Assembly: GCA_035697515.1 (NCBI GenBank)
Contig: DASSCS010000111.1
Location: 4,557 to 68,556 of the forward strand
Reading direction: 5' to 3'
Origin: Acidimicrobiales bacterium
Lineage (GTDB): Bacteria; Actinomycetota; Acidimicrobiia; Acidimicrobiales; VFJN01
DNA: 64,000 nt
A program made the translations under genes and the position numbers. The notes beneath the pieces are model-generated. The model searched no databases, was not told the origin of the DNA, and saw only the letters and a program-made list of their open reading frames with translations. Below are positions 21,059 through 31,747 of this stretch, in pieces. Within the stretch, counting starts at the first letter, position 1; each line of letters begins with the position of its first letter.

Positions 21059-21751
21059 TCAGAACAGCGGCCGTTTGGCGGGAACGCCGGTGCGGCGCGG
21101 GAACTGCGCCGGGCATGTGCGTTCGAGCACAAGCGATCGGTAGCGGTAAGGGCCGGACCACACCCGCTCGGCGCGGAGGCCGACGAGCGCCAGGCCCGCC
21201 GCCGGCCACCGGGCCGCGGCGCCCGACCCCGCGCCAGCCTCGTCCGGGGCCTCACCGTCGCCCGCCGGCGGCTCGCTGACGATCAGCCGACCCCCGACGA
21301 CGAGGAACGGCGCACCGCACTCGGCGGTGACCGGTGGGGGACCGAAGCCCCGGGCCACGACGACATCGAACCGGGCCCGCAGGTCCTCCCGGCGCCCGGC
21401 GTCCTCGGCCCGAGCCCGCACCACCCGGACTCGGTCCTCCCACCCCAGTGACGACACGCTCTCGGTGAGGAACGCACAGCGGCGCTCAGCCGCGTCGAGC
21501 AGCACGACCTCGCTGGTCGGCCAGCAGGCGGCCAGCACGAGGCCCGGCACCCCGCCCCCGCTCCCCAGGTCGAGCAGGCGGCCGGGAGGCCCGGGCGCTC
21601 CCGCGGAGAACCCCCGGGCGTGCCCCACCTGGACGCGGACGGAGCCGGGCCCGAGGAACCCCAGGCTCCGGCTCCGCCGAAGAACCGCGATCAGCGGCGC
21701 GTCGTCGGTCGACGCCTCATCGGCGGGCCCACCGTTCGGCGTCGCGGTCAT
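21059..21751 (-). CDS. rsmG: 16S rRNA (guanine527-N7)-methyltransferase RsmG (GidB)
   Basis: SAM motif LLDLGSGGGVPGLVLA. ATG 21751 lies just downstream of the jag stop (21759). The longer track ORF overlaps jag and was rejected. Confidence 0.9.
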   Translation of the reverse strand: MTATPNGGPADEASTDDAPLIAVLRRSRSLGFLGPGSVRVQVGHARGFSAGAPGPPGRLLDLGSGGGVPGLVLAACWPTSEVVLLDAAERRCAFLTESVSSLGWEDRVRVVRARAEDAGRREDLRARFDVVVARGFGPPPVTAECGAPFLVVGGRLIVSEPPAGDGEAPDEAGAGSGAAARWPAAGLALVGLRAERVWSGPYRYRSLVLERTCPAQFPRRTGVPAKRPLF

Positions 21752-21758
21752 GCCCCGT

Positions 21759-22754
21759 TCAGGCCGGGCGGATGACCACCCGGCGGGCGTCGTCCTCGCC
21801 CTCCGACACCGTCGCGACGCCCTCGATGTCGTTGACGACGTCGTGCACCACCTTGCGGTCGGCCGAGCCCATGGGGTCGAGCGCCTTGGCGACACCCGAC
21901 TCCTTGACGCTCTCGGCCACGCTGGTGGCGAACCGCTCGAGCGCCTCCTTGCGCCGGGCCCGGTAGCCGGCGACGTCGACCCGCACGCGGGCGTGCGACT
22001 GGCCGACGAAGCGACGCTGCACCATGCTGCGCACGAGCTCCTGCACCGCCTGGAGGGTCACGCCCTTCTGCCCGACGAGCAGGCCCAGCTCACTGCCGTC
22101 AACGGTCGCCTCCAACGCCTGGTCCTCGGCGACGGCGACCGTCACGGTGGCATCGGAACGGCCGAACGCCGTCACGAGGTCGGTGAGGAACTCCTCGACC
22201 GCCACCTTCTGGCCCTCGAGGTCGAGCTCGCCGACCTCGGGGCGATCCGTCGACTGCGCACTCTCGCTCACCGTTGCTCCCTCTGCCGTGCGGGGCGACC
22301 GGCTGCGGCGCCTCCGCCTGCTGTTGGACGATCCGGCCTGGCCGTCTCCCGACGCCGGCTCACGGTCATCCGGCTCCGTGCCCTCCGGTCCGGACATGCC
22401 CGACCCGAGTGCCCCGGTCGAGGCCCGGGCGCCGTCGTTGCCACGCGCGTCACCGTCCCGGCCACCGGCCTTGACGCGGTCGCGCCCGGCCTGGCCCTTC
22501 GGCGCGCGGACGCGATCACCGTCCCGGCCCCGCCGGTCACCCCGACGCCGCTCGCGCCGCTCGGCCTTGGGCCGGGGGGCCGTGGGGCGAACACGCGCGC
22601 GTACCTGGGCCTCGGCGCGCAACCGGCCGAACAGGCCCTTCTGCGCGTCCTGGACGACCTCGACCTCGGCGTCCTGCTCGTCCACTCCCAACTGGTCGAG
22701 CGCGTGCTCGGTCGCTTCCTCGATCGTGCGGCCTGACGTGACAACCCATTCCAC
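21759..22754 (-). CDS. jag: Jag/KhpB-type RNA-binding protein (Jag_N, KH and R3H domains) with a long R/G/D-rich linker
   Basis: The Jag N-domain is MEWVVTSGRTIEEATEHALDQLGV. The C-terminal KH/R3H part includes DRKVVHDVVNDIEGVATVSEGE. It holds the conserved position after yidC. Confidence 0.85.
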   Translation of the reverse strand: MEWVVTSGRTIEEATEHALDQLGVDEQDAEVEVVQDAQKGLFGRLRAEAQVRARVRPTAPRPKAERRERRRGDRRGRDGDRVRAPKGQAGRDRVKAGGRDGDARGNDGARASTGALGSGMSGPEGTEPDDREPASGDGQAGSSNSRRRRRSRSPRTAEGATVSESAQSTDRPEVGELDLEGQKVAVEEFLTDLVTAFGRSDATVTVAVAEDQALEATVDGSELGLLVGQKGVTLQAVQELVRSMVQRRFVGQSHARVRVDVAGYRARRKEALERFATSVAESVKESGVAKALDPMGSADRKVVHDVVNDIEGVATVSEGEDDARRVVIRPA

Positions 22755-22760
22755 AGCGAG

Positions 22761-23855
22761 CTACTTCCTCTTCTTCTTCTTGCGAGAGCGGGGATGGGGC
22801 TTGACGCCCGACGCCCCGGCACCGGACGTGGCCTTGTCGGCAGGCGTGCCCTTCGACCGGGCCGACGATCCGTTGCTGCTGGTCTTCGGACCGGACGGCG
22901 GCGCGTCCTGCGGCCCACCCCGGGGGCCGCCGCCCTTGGGGCCACCGTCGCGGGGGGTGCGGCCCTTGCCGGCGCCACCCTTGCCGCCGCCGTCCTCACG
23001 CTTGCGGGCCTCCCGCAGCTCCGCCATGGCCTTCTGCGCCTGGACGCCGACCGAATCCTCGCCCCGGTACAACGACCGCGTGATGTAGTGCTGCTGGCCG
23101 ACCCGCCACAGCGTCGAGACGAGGAAGTAGATGCCGATGGCGGCGGGGCTGACGAACGCGAAGAACAGGTACATCACCGGGCCGATGCGCATCATCATCT
23201 GCTGCTGCGACGTGACCTCGGAGTGGGCGTTGCGCCCCATGATCTGCTTCTGCTGGTACCAGCTCAGGAAGCCGATGACGGCGATCAGCCCGACATAGGG
23301 CAGCGCGGTCACGAACCCGTCGGACAGCGCCGCCTGGGGGCTGAGCGCCAGGTCGATGCCGAACGCCCGCATCTCGGGCTTCGGCGACGTGGTCAGCGCC
23401 TGGTACAGCTCGTCGCCCGGGTGCAGGTACTTGGGCCGGAAGCCCGTCGTGATGTTGGCCGTCGGTATGAAGTCGGCCTTCACCATGCGCTGCACGCCGA
23501 CGAATGTGGCCTCGCGGGTCAGGCCCTGTACCACGTAGTAGAGGATCGAGAAGATCGGCGCTTGGACGAGCAGCGGCAGGCAGCCGCCGACCGGGTTGAT
23601 CTCGTGCTCCTTGTAGAACGCCATCAACTCTTCGTTGAGCTTCTGGCGATCGTCCTTGTACTGCACCTGCAGCTTGCGCATCTCGGGCTGGAGGCGCTGC
23701 ATCTCGATCATCGAGCGCGTGCCCTTGAGCGTGAGCGGCGTGGTGATGATCATCACGACACACGTCAGCAGCGCGATCGCGACGGCGTAGTTGGGAACGA
23801 GCGTGTAGAAGAAGTTGAGCGTGTTGGCGATCAGCTCGAAGAGGCCGTTGAGCAT
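22761..23855 (-). CDS. yidC: Membrane protein insertase YidC
   Basis: Five-TM YidC core (GGCLPLLVQAPIF, MMRIGPVMYLFFAF) plus a long basic C-terminal tail ending KKKKRK. The start overlaps the yidD stop. Confidence 0.95.
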   Translation of the reverse strand: MLNGLFELIANTLNFFYTLVPNYAVAIALLTCVVMIITTPLTLKGTRSMIEMQRLQPEMRKLQVQYKDDRQKLNEELMAFYKEHEINPVGGCLPLLVQAPIFSILYYVVQGLTREATFVGVQRMVKADFIPTANITTGFRPKYLHPGDELYQALTTSPKPEMRAFGIDLALSPQAALSDGFVTALPYVGLIAVIGFLSWYQQKQIMGRNAHSEVTSQQQMMMRIGPVMYLFFAFVSPAAIGIYFLVSTLWRVGQQHYITRSLYRGEDSVGVQAQKAMAELREARKREDGGGKGGAGKGRTPRDGGPKGGGPRGGPQDAPPSGPKTSSNGSSARSKGTPADKATSGAGASGVKPHPRSRKKKKRK

Positions 23856-24082
23856 CAGTGCTTTCCTTCAGGAACGGGATCCCAACCGTGGCCACCCCAG
23901 GGATGGCAGCGGCACAGGCGTCGAACGGTCAGTCCGGTGCCGCGCAGGGCGCCGTGCACCTCGAATGCGTCGAGGGCGTAGTTCGAGCAGGTGGGGACGA
24001 AGCGGCAGGGGGACGGCCGGCCGCCTGTGACCCTCTGGTAGAGCCTCACACCCGCGTGTAGCGCGGCGGCGGCCGGGGTCAT
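23855..24082 (-). CDS. yidD: Membrane protein insertion efficiency factor YidD
   Basis: Motif [11 protein letters not shown]...[15 protein letters not shown] overlaps the rnpA stop (ATGA). Confidence 0.9.
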   Translation of the reverse strand: MTPAAAALHAGVRLYQRVTGGRPSPCRFVPTCSNYALDAFEVHGALRGTGLTVRRLCRCHPWGGHGWDPVPEGKH

Positions 24083-24615
24083 TGGGCCGCCCCACCGGTG
24101 CCGGACGGTGTGCCGGGAGCGGACCCGCTCGCGGCCGTGATGGCCCGGCCGAGGTCGTCGCGCAGCTCGCGGTAGCTGCGGCGGGCGGCGTCGGGCCCGA
24201 CGGCCACGAGGTAGGCGCCGGTCGGCAGACCGCCGGTGCTGATGTCGAGCTCGCGCACCGCCGCCCGCAGGCGGCGCCGGACCTTGTTGCGCACCACGGC
24301 CGTGCCGACCTTGCGGCCGATCGAGTAGGCGACCCGCACCTCGCGGGGGCCGGGGAGGTGGGTCACCGTCATCGGCCCGCGCCGCGCCCGGCGTCCCTCA
24401 CGCCGCAGCGCGTCGAACGTCGCACGGTCGCCGAGCCGCCCGATCAGGCCGAGAGGCGCGCGCGGCCCCTCTGGCGCCGGTTGCGGACGATCGCCCGCCC
24501 GGCTCGGGTGCTCATGCGGTGGCGGAATCCGTGGCGGGTGGCCCGCCTCCGCTTGTTGGGCTGGAATGTGCGCTTCACCTTGTGCCTCCTCGGCCACGCG
24601 GCCTCCTCGCGTCAT
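24079..24615 (-). CDS. rnpA: Ribonuclease P protein component RnpA (start uncertain)
   Basis: The conserved core is [21 protein letters not shown]...[18 protein letters not shown]. The only canonical in-frame starts (GTG 24597, ATG 24615, ATG 24657) lie upstream of rpmH. Otherwise a CTG (24447) or ATC (24444) start at the rpmH stop would be needed. Confidence 0.75.
   Translation of the reverse strand: MTRGGRVAEEAQGEAHIPAQQAEAGHPPRIPPPHEHPSRAGDRPQPAPEGPRAPLGLIGRLGDRATFDALRREGRRARRGPMTVTHLPGPREVRVAYSIGRKVGTAVVRNKVRRRLRAAVRELDISTGGLPTGAYLVAVGPDAARRSYRELRDDLGRAITAASGSAPGTPSGTGGAAQ
24444..24578 (-). CDS. rpmH: 50S ribosomal protein L34
   Basis: Hand translation of the reverse complement gives [57 protein letters not shown] lies 6 nt upstream. 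It is too short for the ORF track. Confidence 0.95.
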   Translation of the reverse strand: MKRTFQPNKRRRATRHGFRHRMSTRAGRAIVRNRRQRGRARLSA

Positions 24616-24818
24616 GAGCGGGGCCGGCGGCGGGAACCGGAACGATCGTGCGACCAACTCGACGCGCGGCGTTGGAGCACCCGCGTCGGTGCCGGGACAA
24701 CGCTAGAGGGCGAAACCCCGGCGACGCCAACCTGGGCACCCGGGACGAGCGCCGACCGTGCCCACACCATCACACCGCGCTCACGCTCGGCAAGCACCGG
24801 TCGCAGGCCCGGGCACGG

Positions 24819-25042
24819 TCGTCCACATCCAGCCCCCAGGGCGGCATCCCCACCCTGTGGACGACCCTGGTCGGCGGCAGGCGCCGGTGCTACGTTGCGT
24901 CGACCCCCGCCCCTCGGACGGGGTGCCAGAGCCGGGGAGGGCCCAACATCGACCGGCGGGTCGACGGCTCCCAGAACCCGTCGGCTACCTGGCGTCAAGT
25001 GCTTGTGCCGTCATCCACAAGTGTGGATGGTGTTGTGGATGA
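24819..25042. promoter_or_regulatory. DnaA-box cluster upstream of dnaA (dnaA promoter/autoregulation region or part of oriC)
   Basis: Five 9-mers with a TCCACA core: TCGTCCACA 24819-24827, its inverted copy 24856-24864, TCATCCACA 25011-25019, TGTGGATGG 25022-25030 and TGTGGATGA 25034-25042. Confidence 0.75.
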
Positions 25043-25073
25043 CACGCACGATCCCGGAGGACTGTGTGACGTG

Positions 25074-26564
25074 ATGAGCGATGCGCACCGCTTGTGGACG
25101 ATGTGCGCCACCCTGCTGCGTGCGCAGGTGTCCGACCCGGTGTGGCACACGGCCTTCGAGGGCGTGCGCGCGGTCGACTACGACGGCCACGCGCTGACGC
25201 TCGGCGTCACCAGCCCCCTCGCCAAGGAACGCATCGAGGGCCGCTACCTGGGGCTCGTCCGCGACGCGCTCACCGAGGCGGGCGCCCCCCACGTCGAGCT
25301 GCTGCTGCGCATCGAGCCCCCGGAACCACCGTCGCTGTGGACCGTGCCGACGCCCGTGCCCGGTGCGCCCGACGTCTCCCGCACCCCGCCCGCCCTCGAC
25401 GGCGGCCACCCGGGGAGCATCCACCTCGCCGCGCCGGGCCAGCCGGGCCAGCCGACGACAGCCACGGGGAGCGCTGGTGGCGCTGGCCGCGGCCGGGGCG
25501 AGCCCAACGGCACCGGGGCCGGCCCACCACCGGCCGGCGACATCGAGCTGAACCCCCGCTACACGTTCGAGAACTTCGTCATCGGCGGCTCCAACCGCTT
25601 CGCCCACGCGGCCGCCCAGTCGGTGGCCGAGATGCCCGCGCGCCGCTGGAACCCGCTGTTCATCTACGGCGACGCCGGCCTGGGCAAGACCCACCTGCTG
25701 CAGGCCATCGCCAGCTACGTCAACGACAACTACCCCGCCTACCGGGTGCGCTACGTCACCTCCGAGACGTTCCTCAACGAGTTCATCGAGTCGATGCAGT
25801 CGGGCAGCCGCGACGGGTTCAAGCGCCGCTACCGCGACATCGACGTGCTGCTCGTCGACGACGTCCAGTTCTTCCAGGGCAAGCAGGAGACGCTGGAGGA
25901 GTTCTTCCACACCTTCAACCACCTGCACCAGACGAACCGGCAGATCGTGCTGTCGTCCGACCGGGCGCCCGACCAGATCGGCTTCGAGGACCGCATGCGC
26001 AGCCGGTTCCAGCAGGGTCTGCTCACCGACATCCAGCCGCCCGAGCTCGAGACGCGGCTGGCCATCCTGCGCAAGAAGGCCGAGCTCGAGACCGCCCGCA
26101 TCCCGCCCGAGGTGCTCGAGTTCATCGCCACCAACATAAAGGACAACATCCGCGTGCTCGAGGGAGCGCTCATCAGGGTGTCGGCGTTCGCCAGCCTCAC
26201 CCACGAGCCCATCACGGTCGACCGCGCCACCCAGGTGCTGGCTGACCTGTTGAGCGAGAACCAGCCCCGGCCGATCACGCCCCGGCTCATCCTCGACGAG
26301 GCCTCGGCCCAGTTCGGGTTCACCGTCGACGACCTGCAGAGCAAGCACCGCCAGCGTCCCCTCGTCACCGCCCGGCAGATCGCCATGTATGTCATGCGCG
26401 AGCTGACCGAGCTGTCGTACCCCAACATCGCCCGCGAGTTCGGCGGCCGCGACCACACCACGGTCATCCACGCGGTCGAGAAGATCGGCGCCCTCATGTC
26501 GAAGGACCGCCAGATCTACGACCAGGTCACCCGCCTCATGAAAGCGGTGCGCCAGGGTGACTGA
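25074..26564 (+). CDS. dnaA: Chromosomal replication initiator protein DnaA
   Basis: Walker A GDAGLGKTHL, Walker B LLVDDVQF and a C-terminal DNA-binding domain (ITPRLILDEASAQFG...RDHTTVIHA). The start is ATG 25074 (or GTG 25071) after GGAGG. The track ORF's upstream extension covers the DnaA boxes. Confidence 0.95.
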   Translation: MSDAHRLWTMCATLLRAQVSDPVWHTAFEGVRAVDYDGHALTLGVTSPLAKERIEGRYLGLVRDALTEAGAPHVELLLRIEPPEPPSLWTVPTPVPGAPDVSRTPPALDGGHPGSIHLAAPGQPGQPTTATGSAGGAGRGRGEPNGTGAGPPPAGDIELNPRYTFENFVIGGSNRFAHAAAQSVAEMPARRWNPLFIYGDAGLGKTHLLQAIASYVNDNYPAYRVRYVTSETFLNEFIESMQSGSRDGFKRRYRDIDVLLVDDVQFFQGKQETLEEFFHTFNHLHQTNRQIVLSSDRAPDQIGFEDRMRSRFQQGLLTDIQPPELETRLAILRKKAELETARIPPEVLEFIATNIKDNIRVLEGALIRVSAFASLTHEPITVDRATQVLADLLSENQPRPITPRLILDEASAQFGFTVDDLQSKHRQRPLVTARQIAMYVMRELTELSYPNIAREFGGRDHTTVIHAVEKIGALMSKDRQIYDQVTRLMKAVRQGD

Positions 26565-26606
26565 CGACCGCCTCCGTCGCCAGGCCCGGCGGCCGCGTCA
26601 CACCGC

Positions 26607-26782
26607 GGTGGACAACTCGGTGGACGTCCTGGGGACGGCCGGCGGGCGGCGGGGGACAGGCCCGTGCGCATCCCCACCCGCATCCCGCGCGCACCCTGCC
26701 GGCTGTGGGAGCCTGGGGACGGCACGGGGACGACCATCGGCCTGCTGACCTGGGTGGACGACCCGTCGTCCACAATCCACAG
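26607..26782. promoter_or_regulatory. oriC: DnaA-box cluster in the dnaA-dnaN intergenic region (candidate oriC core)
   Basis: GGTGGACAA 26607-26615, GGTGGACGT 26619-26627, GGTGGACGA 26753-26761, TCGTCCACA 26766-26774 and AATCCACA 26774-26781. A less GC-rich stretch follows at 26786-26845. Actinobacterial oriC classically lies between dnaA and dnaN. Confidence 0.7.
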
Positions 26783-26844
26783 GCCCTACTACCACCACTG
26801 GTTCGATACATCACCTACGCACGGCAGAGAAAGAGAGCGACGGC

Positions 26845-27945
26845 GTGAAGTTCCGATGCGAGCGAGACGTCCTCGTGGAAGCCCTCGGCACGGCCGCACG
26901 GGCCACCGCCAGCCGCGGCGGTGCCCTTCCCGTCCTGGCCGGCATCCGCACCGAGTTGGCGGGCGACACCCTCACCCTGACCGGACACGACCTCGAGCTG
27001 ACGATCTCGGTCGACATCCGCGAGGGCGTCAGGGGCGCGGAGGACGGCGTGGCCGTGCTGCCCGCCCGGCTGATCTCCGACGTGGTGCGCTCGCTGCCCG
27101 CCGGCGCGGTTGAGATCGAGGTCGATGGCGAGCAGGCCCGCATCACCGCCTCGCGGTCCGAGTTCACGCTGCGGGTGTTCCCGGTCGACGAGTTCCCTCG
27201 CATCCCCGAGCCGGTGGGCGACGGCGTCACCCTCGACGCCACCGAGCTGGCCGCGGCCCTGCGGCAGGTGGTGCCGGCCGCGTCCAGCGACGACGCCCGC
27301 CCCATCCTCACCGGCGTGCTCGTCACCGCCGAGGCCGACGGCCTGCGGCTCGTGGCCACCGACTCGTACCGGCTCGCCGTGCGCGACCTGCCGGGCCAGA
27401 GCGTGCTGGCCGAGGGCCAGTCGGTGCTGGTGCCGTCGCGGGCGCTCAACGACCTGACCAAGGTGCTGTCGGGCGTGGGCGAGCTGACCCTGCGGCTCGG
27501 CGAGCGCGACGCCAGCTTCGAGGCCGGCGACGTGCGCCTGACCACGATGCTGATCGAAGGCGACTTCCCCAACTACAAGGGACTCATCCCTTCGGCCCAC
27601 CCGAACCGGCTCACGGTCAGTCGCGAGGCGCTGCTCGAGGGGTTGCGCCGCGTCAAGCTGCTGGCGCGCGAGGCCACGCCGGTGCGCCTCGGCATGACCA
27701 CCGACGGCCTCGACCTCGTCGCTGTCACCCAGGACGTGGGCCAGGCCCACGAGTCGCTCGACGCGAAGTACGAGGGCACCGAGCTGACCGTCGCGTTCAA
27801 CCCCGAATACCTCCTGCAGGGCATCGAGGTGCTGCCCGGCGACGAGGTGCTCATCGAGTCGGTCGACTCGCTCAAGCCCGCTCTGGTGAAGAGCCCCGAG
27901 CACCCCGAGTTCGTGTACCTGCTCATGCCCGTGCGGGTGAGCTGA
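26845..27945 (+). CDS. dnaN: DNA polymerase III subunit beta (sliding clamp)
   Basis: 366-aa ORF with GTG start, MKFRCERDVLVEAL..., three-domain clamp length and the conserved position after dnaA. Confidence 0.95.
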   Translation: MKFRCERDVLVEALGTAARATASRGGALPVLAGIRTELAGDTLTLTGHDLELTISVDIREGVRGAEDGVAVLPARLISDVVRSLPAGAVEIEVDGEQARITASRSEFTLRVFPVDEFPRIPEPVGDGVTLDATELAAALRQVVPAASSDDARPILTGVLVTAEADGLRLVATDSYRLAVRDLPGQSVLAEGQSVLVPSRALNDLTKVLSGVGELTLRLGERDASFEAGDVRLTTMLIEGDFPNYKGLIPSAHPNRLTVSREALLEGLRRVKLLAREATPVRLGMTTDGLDLVAVTQDVGQAHESLDAKYEGTELTVAFNPEYLLQGIEVLPGDEVLIESVDSLKPALVKSPEHPEFVYLLMPVRVS

Positions 27946-27964
27946 CGGGCGGGCACGCAGGCGC

Positions 27965-29122
27965 GTGCAGGTCCGCACCCTCTGGCTGACCGACTTCCGC
28001 AGCTACAGCTCGGCGCAACTCGACCTGGCGCCAGGCCTCACCGCGCTGGTGGGGGCCAACGGCGAGGGCAAGACCAACCTGCTCGAGGCGCTGGCCTGGC
28101 TGGCCACGCTGTCGTCGTTCCGGGGCGCGCCCAGCGACGCCCTGGTGCGCCGGGGCGCGTCGTTCGCGGTGGTGCGGGCGCTGGCCGAGCGCGAGGGCCG
28201 CGAGCTGCTCATCGAGGCCCAGATCCAGCCCAGCGGGCGCAGCCGGGTGCTCGTCAACCGCCAGCCGCTGCGCCGGGCCCGCGACCTGCTGGGCTCCCTG
28301 CGCGTGTCGGTGTTCACGCCCGACGACCTGGCGATCGTCAAGGACGGGCCGGGCGAGCGGCGCCGCTTCCTCGACGACGCGCTCGTGAGCCTGCACCCCC
28401 GCAACGACGCGCGGCGCGGCGCGGTCGACAAGGTGCTGAGGCAACGCAACGCCCTGCTGAAGCAGACGGCCGGGCGGCTCGACGAGGCGGCCGCGTTCAC
28501 GCTCGACGTGTGGGATGCCAAGCTGGCCGAGGCGAGCGCGGCCCTCGCGGCGGCGCGCCTCGACCTGCTCGACCGCATCGCGCCCGTCCTGGGCGCCACC
28601 TACGACGCGCTGGCCCGCCGTCCGGCGCGGGTGGCCGCTCGCTACGAGGCGGGCTGGCTCCCGCCGGCGGGCGCGGCGCCCGGCGTCGACGGCGAGGGCG
28701 CGGGCGGAGCGCCGGCGACGAGCCCGCCCGAGGCGGACCTGGCGGCGGCATTGGCCGCGGCCTTGGCGGCGGCCCGCAGTGACGACGTGCGCCGGGGCGT
28801 GTCGACCGTGGGGCCCCACCGTGACGAGGTGGCGCTGTCGATCGGCGGTGCCCCGGCCCGCACGCAGGCGAGCCAGGGCGAGCAGCGCACGCTGGCCCTG
28901 GCGCTGCGCCTGGCGGCGCACCATGTCGTGACCGCGGCGGTCGAGTCGCCTCCCGTGCTGCTGCTCGACGACGTCTTCAGCGAGCTCGACCCCGAGCGCA
29001 GCGCCGCCCTGCTGGCGCACCTGCCGGCGGGCCAGACGCTGCTCACCACGGCGTCGTCGCTGCCCCCCGAGGCCCGCCCCGAGCGGGTGCTCCGCATCGT
29101 CGACGGCCGGATCCGACCCTGA
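27965..29122 (+). CDS. recF: DNA replication and repair protein RecF
   Basis: Walker A GANGEGKTNLLEA, signature SQGEQRTLALALRLA and Walker B LLLDDVFSELD. Confidence 0.95.
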   Translation: MQVRTLWLTDFRSYSSAQLDLAPGLTALVGANGEGKTNLLEALAWLATLSSFRGAPSDALVRRGASFAVVRALAEREGRELLIEAQIQPSGRSRVLVNRQPLRRARDLLGSLRVSVFTPDDLAIVKDGPGERRRFLDDALVSLHPRNDARRGAVDKVLRQRNALLKQTAGRLDEAAAFTLDVWDAKLAEASAALAAARLDLLDRIAPVLGATYDALARRPARVAARYEAGWLPPAGAAPGVDGEGAGGAPATSPPEADLAAALAAALAAARSDDVRRGVSTVGPHRDEVALSIGGAPARTQASQGEQRTLALALRLAAHHVVTAAVESPPVLLLDDVFSELDPERSAALLAHLPAGQTLLTTASSLPPEARPERVLRIVDGRIRP

Positions 29123-29251
29123 CTGCGGGACACATCCGCCCGTCCGTCCGGCTCGGGCGCTGGCCATTCCGGACGGCGGCGACCAGGGCGACAGGCGAAA
29201 GCGCGCGCGGGCTCGCACCGGCCGGTGGCGCCGTCTGGTTGACTGTCGGGC

Positions 29252-29617
29252 ATGGCATGGCGGCCGCTCCCCTCCGCGCCCGCCGCCCCCGTGCGGCTGG
29301 GCGACACAATCGACCGCGTGCTGGGCCGGTTGGGGGCCCCGGCGCGGGCCGGGGTCGAGGTGGTGTTCGACCGCTGGGACGAGGTGGTCGGCCCGGCGAT
29401 GGCGGCGCGCACCCGGCCGGCCTCGATCGACGGTGAGACGCTGGTGGTGGCGTGCGACGACCCGGCGCTCACCACCCACGTGCGCTTCCTCGAGCCCCAG
29501 CTCGTGGCCCGCCTCGCCGAGCTGTCGGGCGCCCGGCACATCACCCGGGTCGAGGTGCGCGTGGCGCGCCGGAAGGGCGGCCCGCGACCGCCCCGCGGCG
29601 GCTCCCGCGGGCGCTGA
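29252..29617 (+). CDS. dciA: DUF721 domain protein (DciA-type helicase operator; Rv0004 position)
   Basis: 121 aa. It sits between recF and gyrB as Rv0004 does. DUF721-like core is VVGPAMAARTRPASIDGETLVVACDDPALTTHVRFLEPQLV. Confidence 0.75.
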   Translation: MAWRPLPSAPAAPVRLGDTIDRVLGRLGAPARAGVEVVFDRWDEVVGPAMAARTRPASIDGETLVVACDDPALTTHVRFLEPQLVARLAELSGARHITRVEVRVARRKGGPRPPRGGSRGR

Positions 29618-29768
29618 ACGCGACCCCGGGATGGCCGGGATTGTCGTACCCCTCTGATAGACTGCACGTGTTGTGAATCGGCGGTCTGACCAGGCAAAAG
29701 CTCGGGGAAACTCCCTCCCAGCGCCGGTCGACCGCCCGTAGGAAATCCACCTGACAGAAGGGCGCGCC

Positions 29769-31709
<1,941 letters not shown>

Positions 31710-31747
31710 TCGACCCGAGGCACCACCCCCGCGAGAACACGAGAGAC

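Noticed and set aside
18176-21451. Numerous ORFs covering the parS spacer (for example 18176-18706, 18469-19158, 18666-19190, 19061-19648, 19480-20967, 19590-20477 and 19724-21451).
   Set aside because: No frame shows protein-like composition or a motif I recognise. ORFs overlap each other in all frames. The repeated FHVEH peptides are the translated parS palindrome. Decayed pseudogene fragments cannot be excluded without a BLASTX search.
24648-25073. N-terminal 142-codon extension of the dnaA ORF in the track.
   Set aside because: The extension runs through the DnaA-box cluster and has R/P-rich composition. ATG 25074, preceded by GGAGG, gives a typical DnaA domain I N-terminus.
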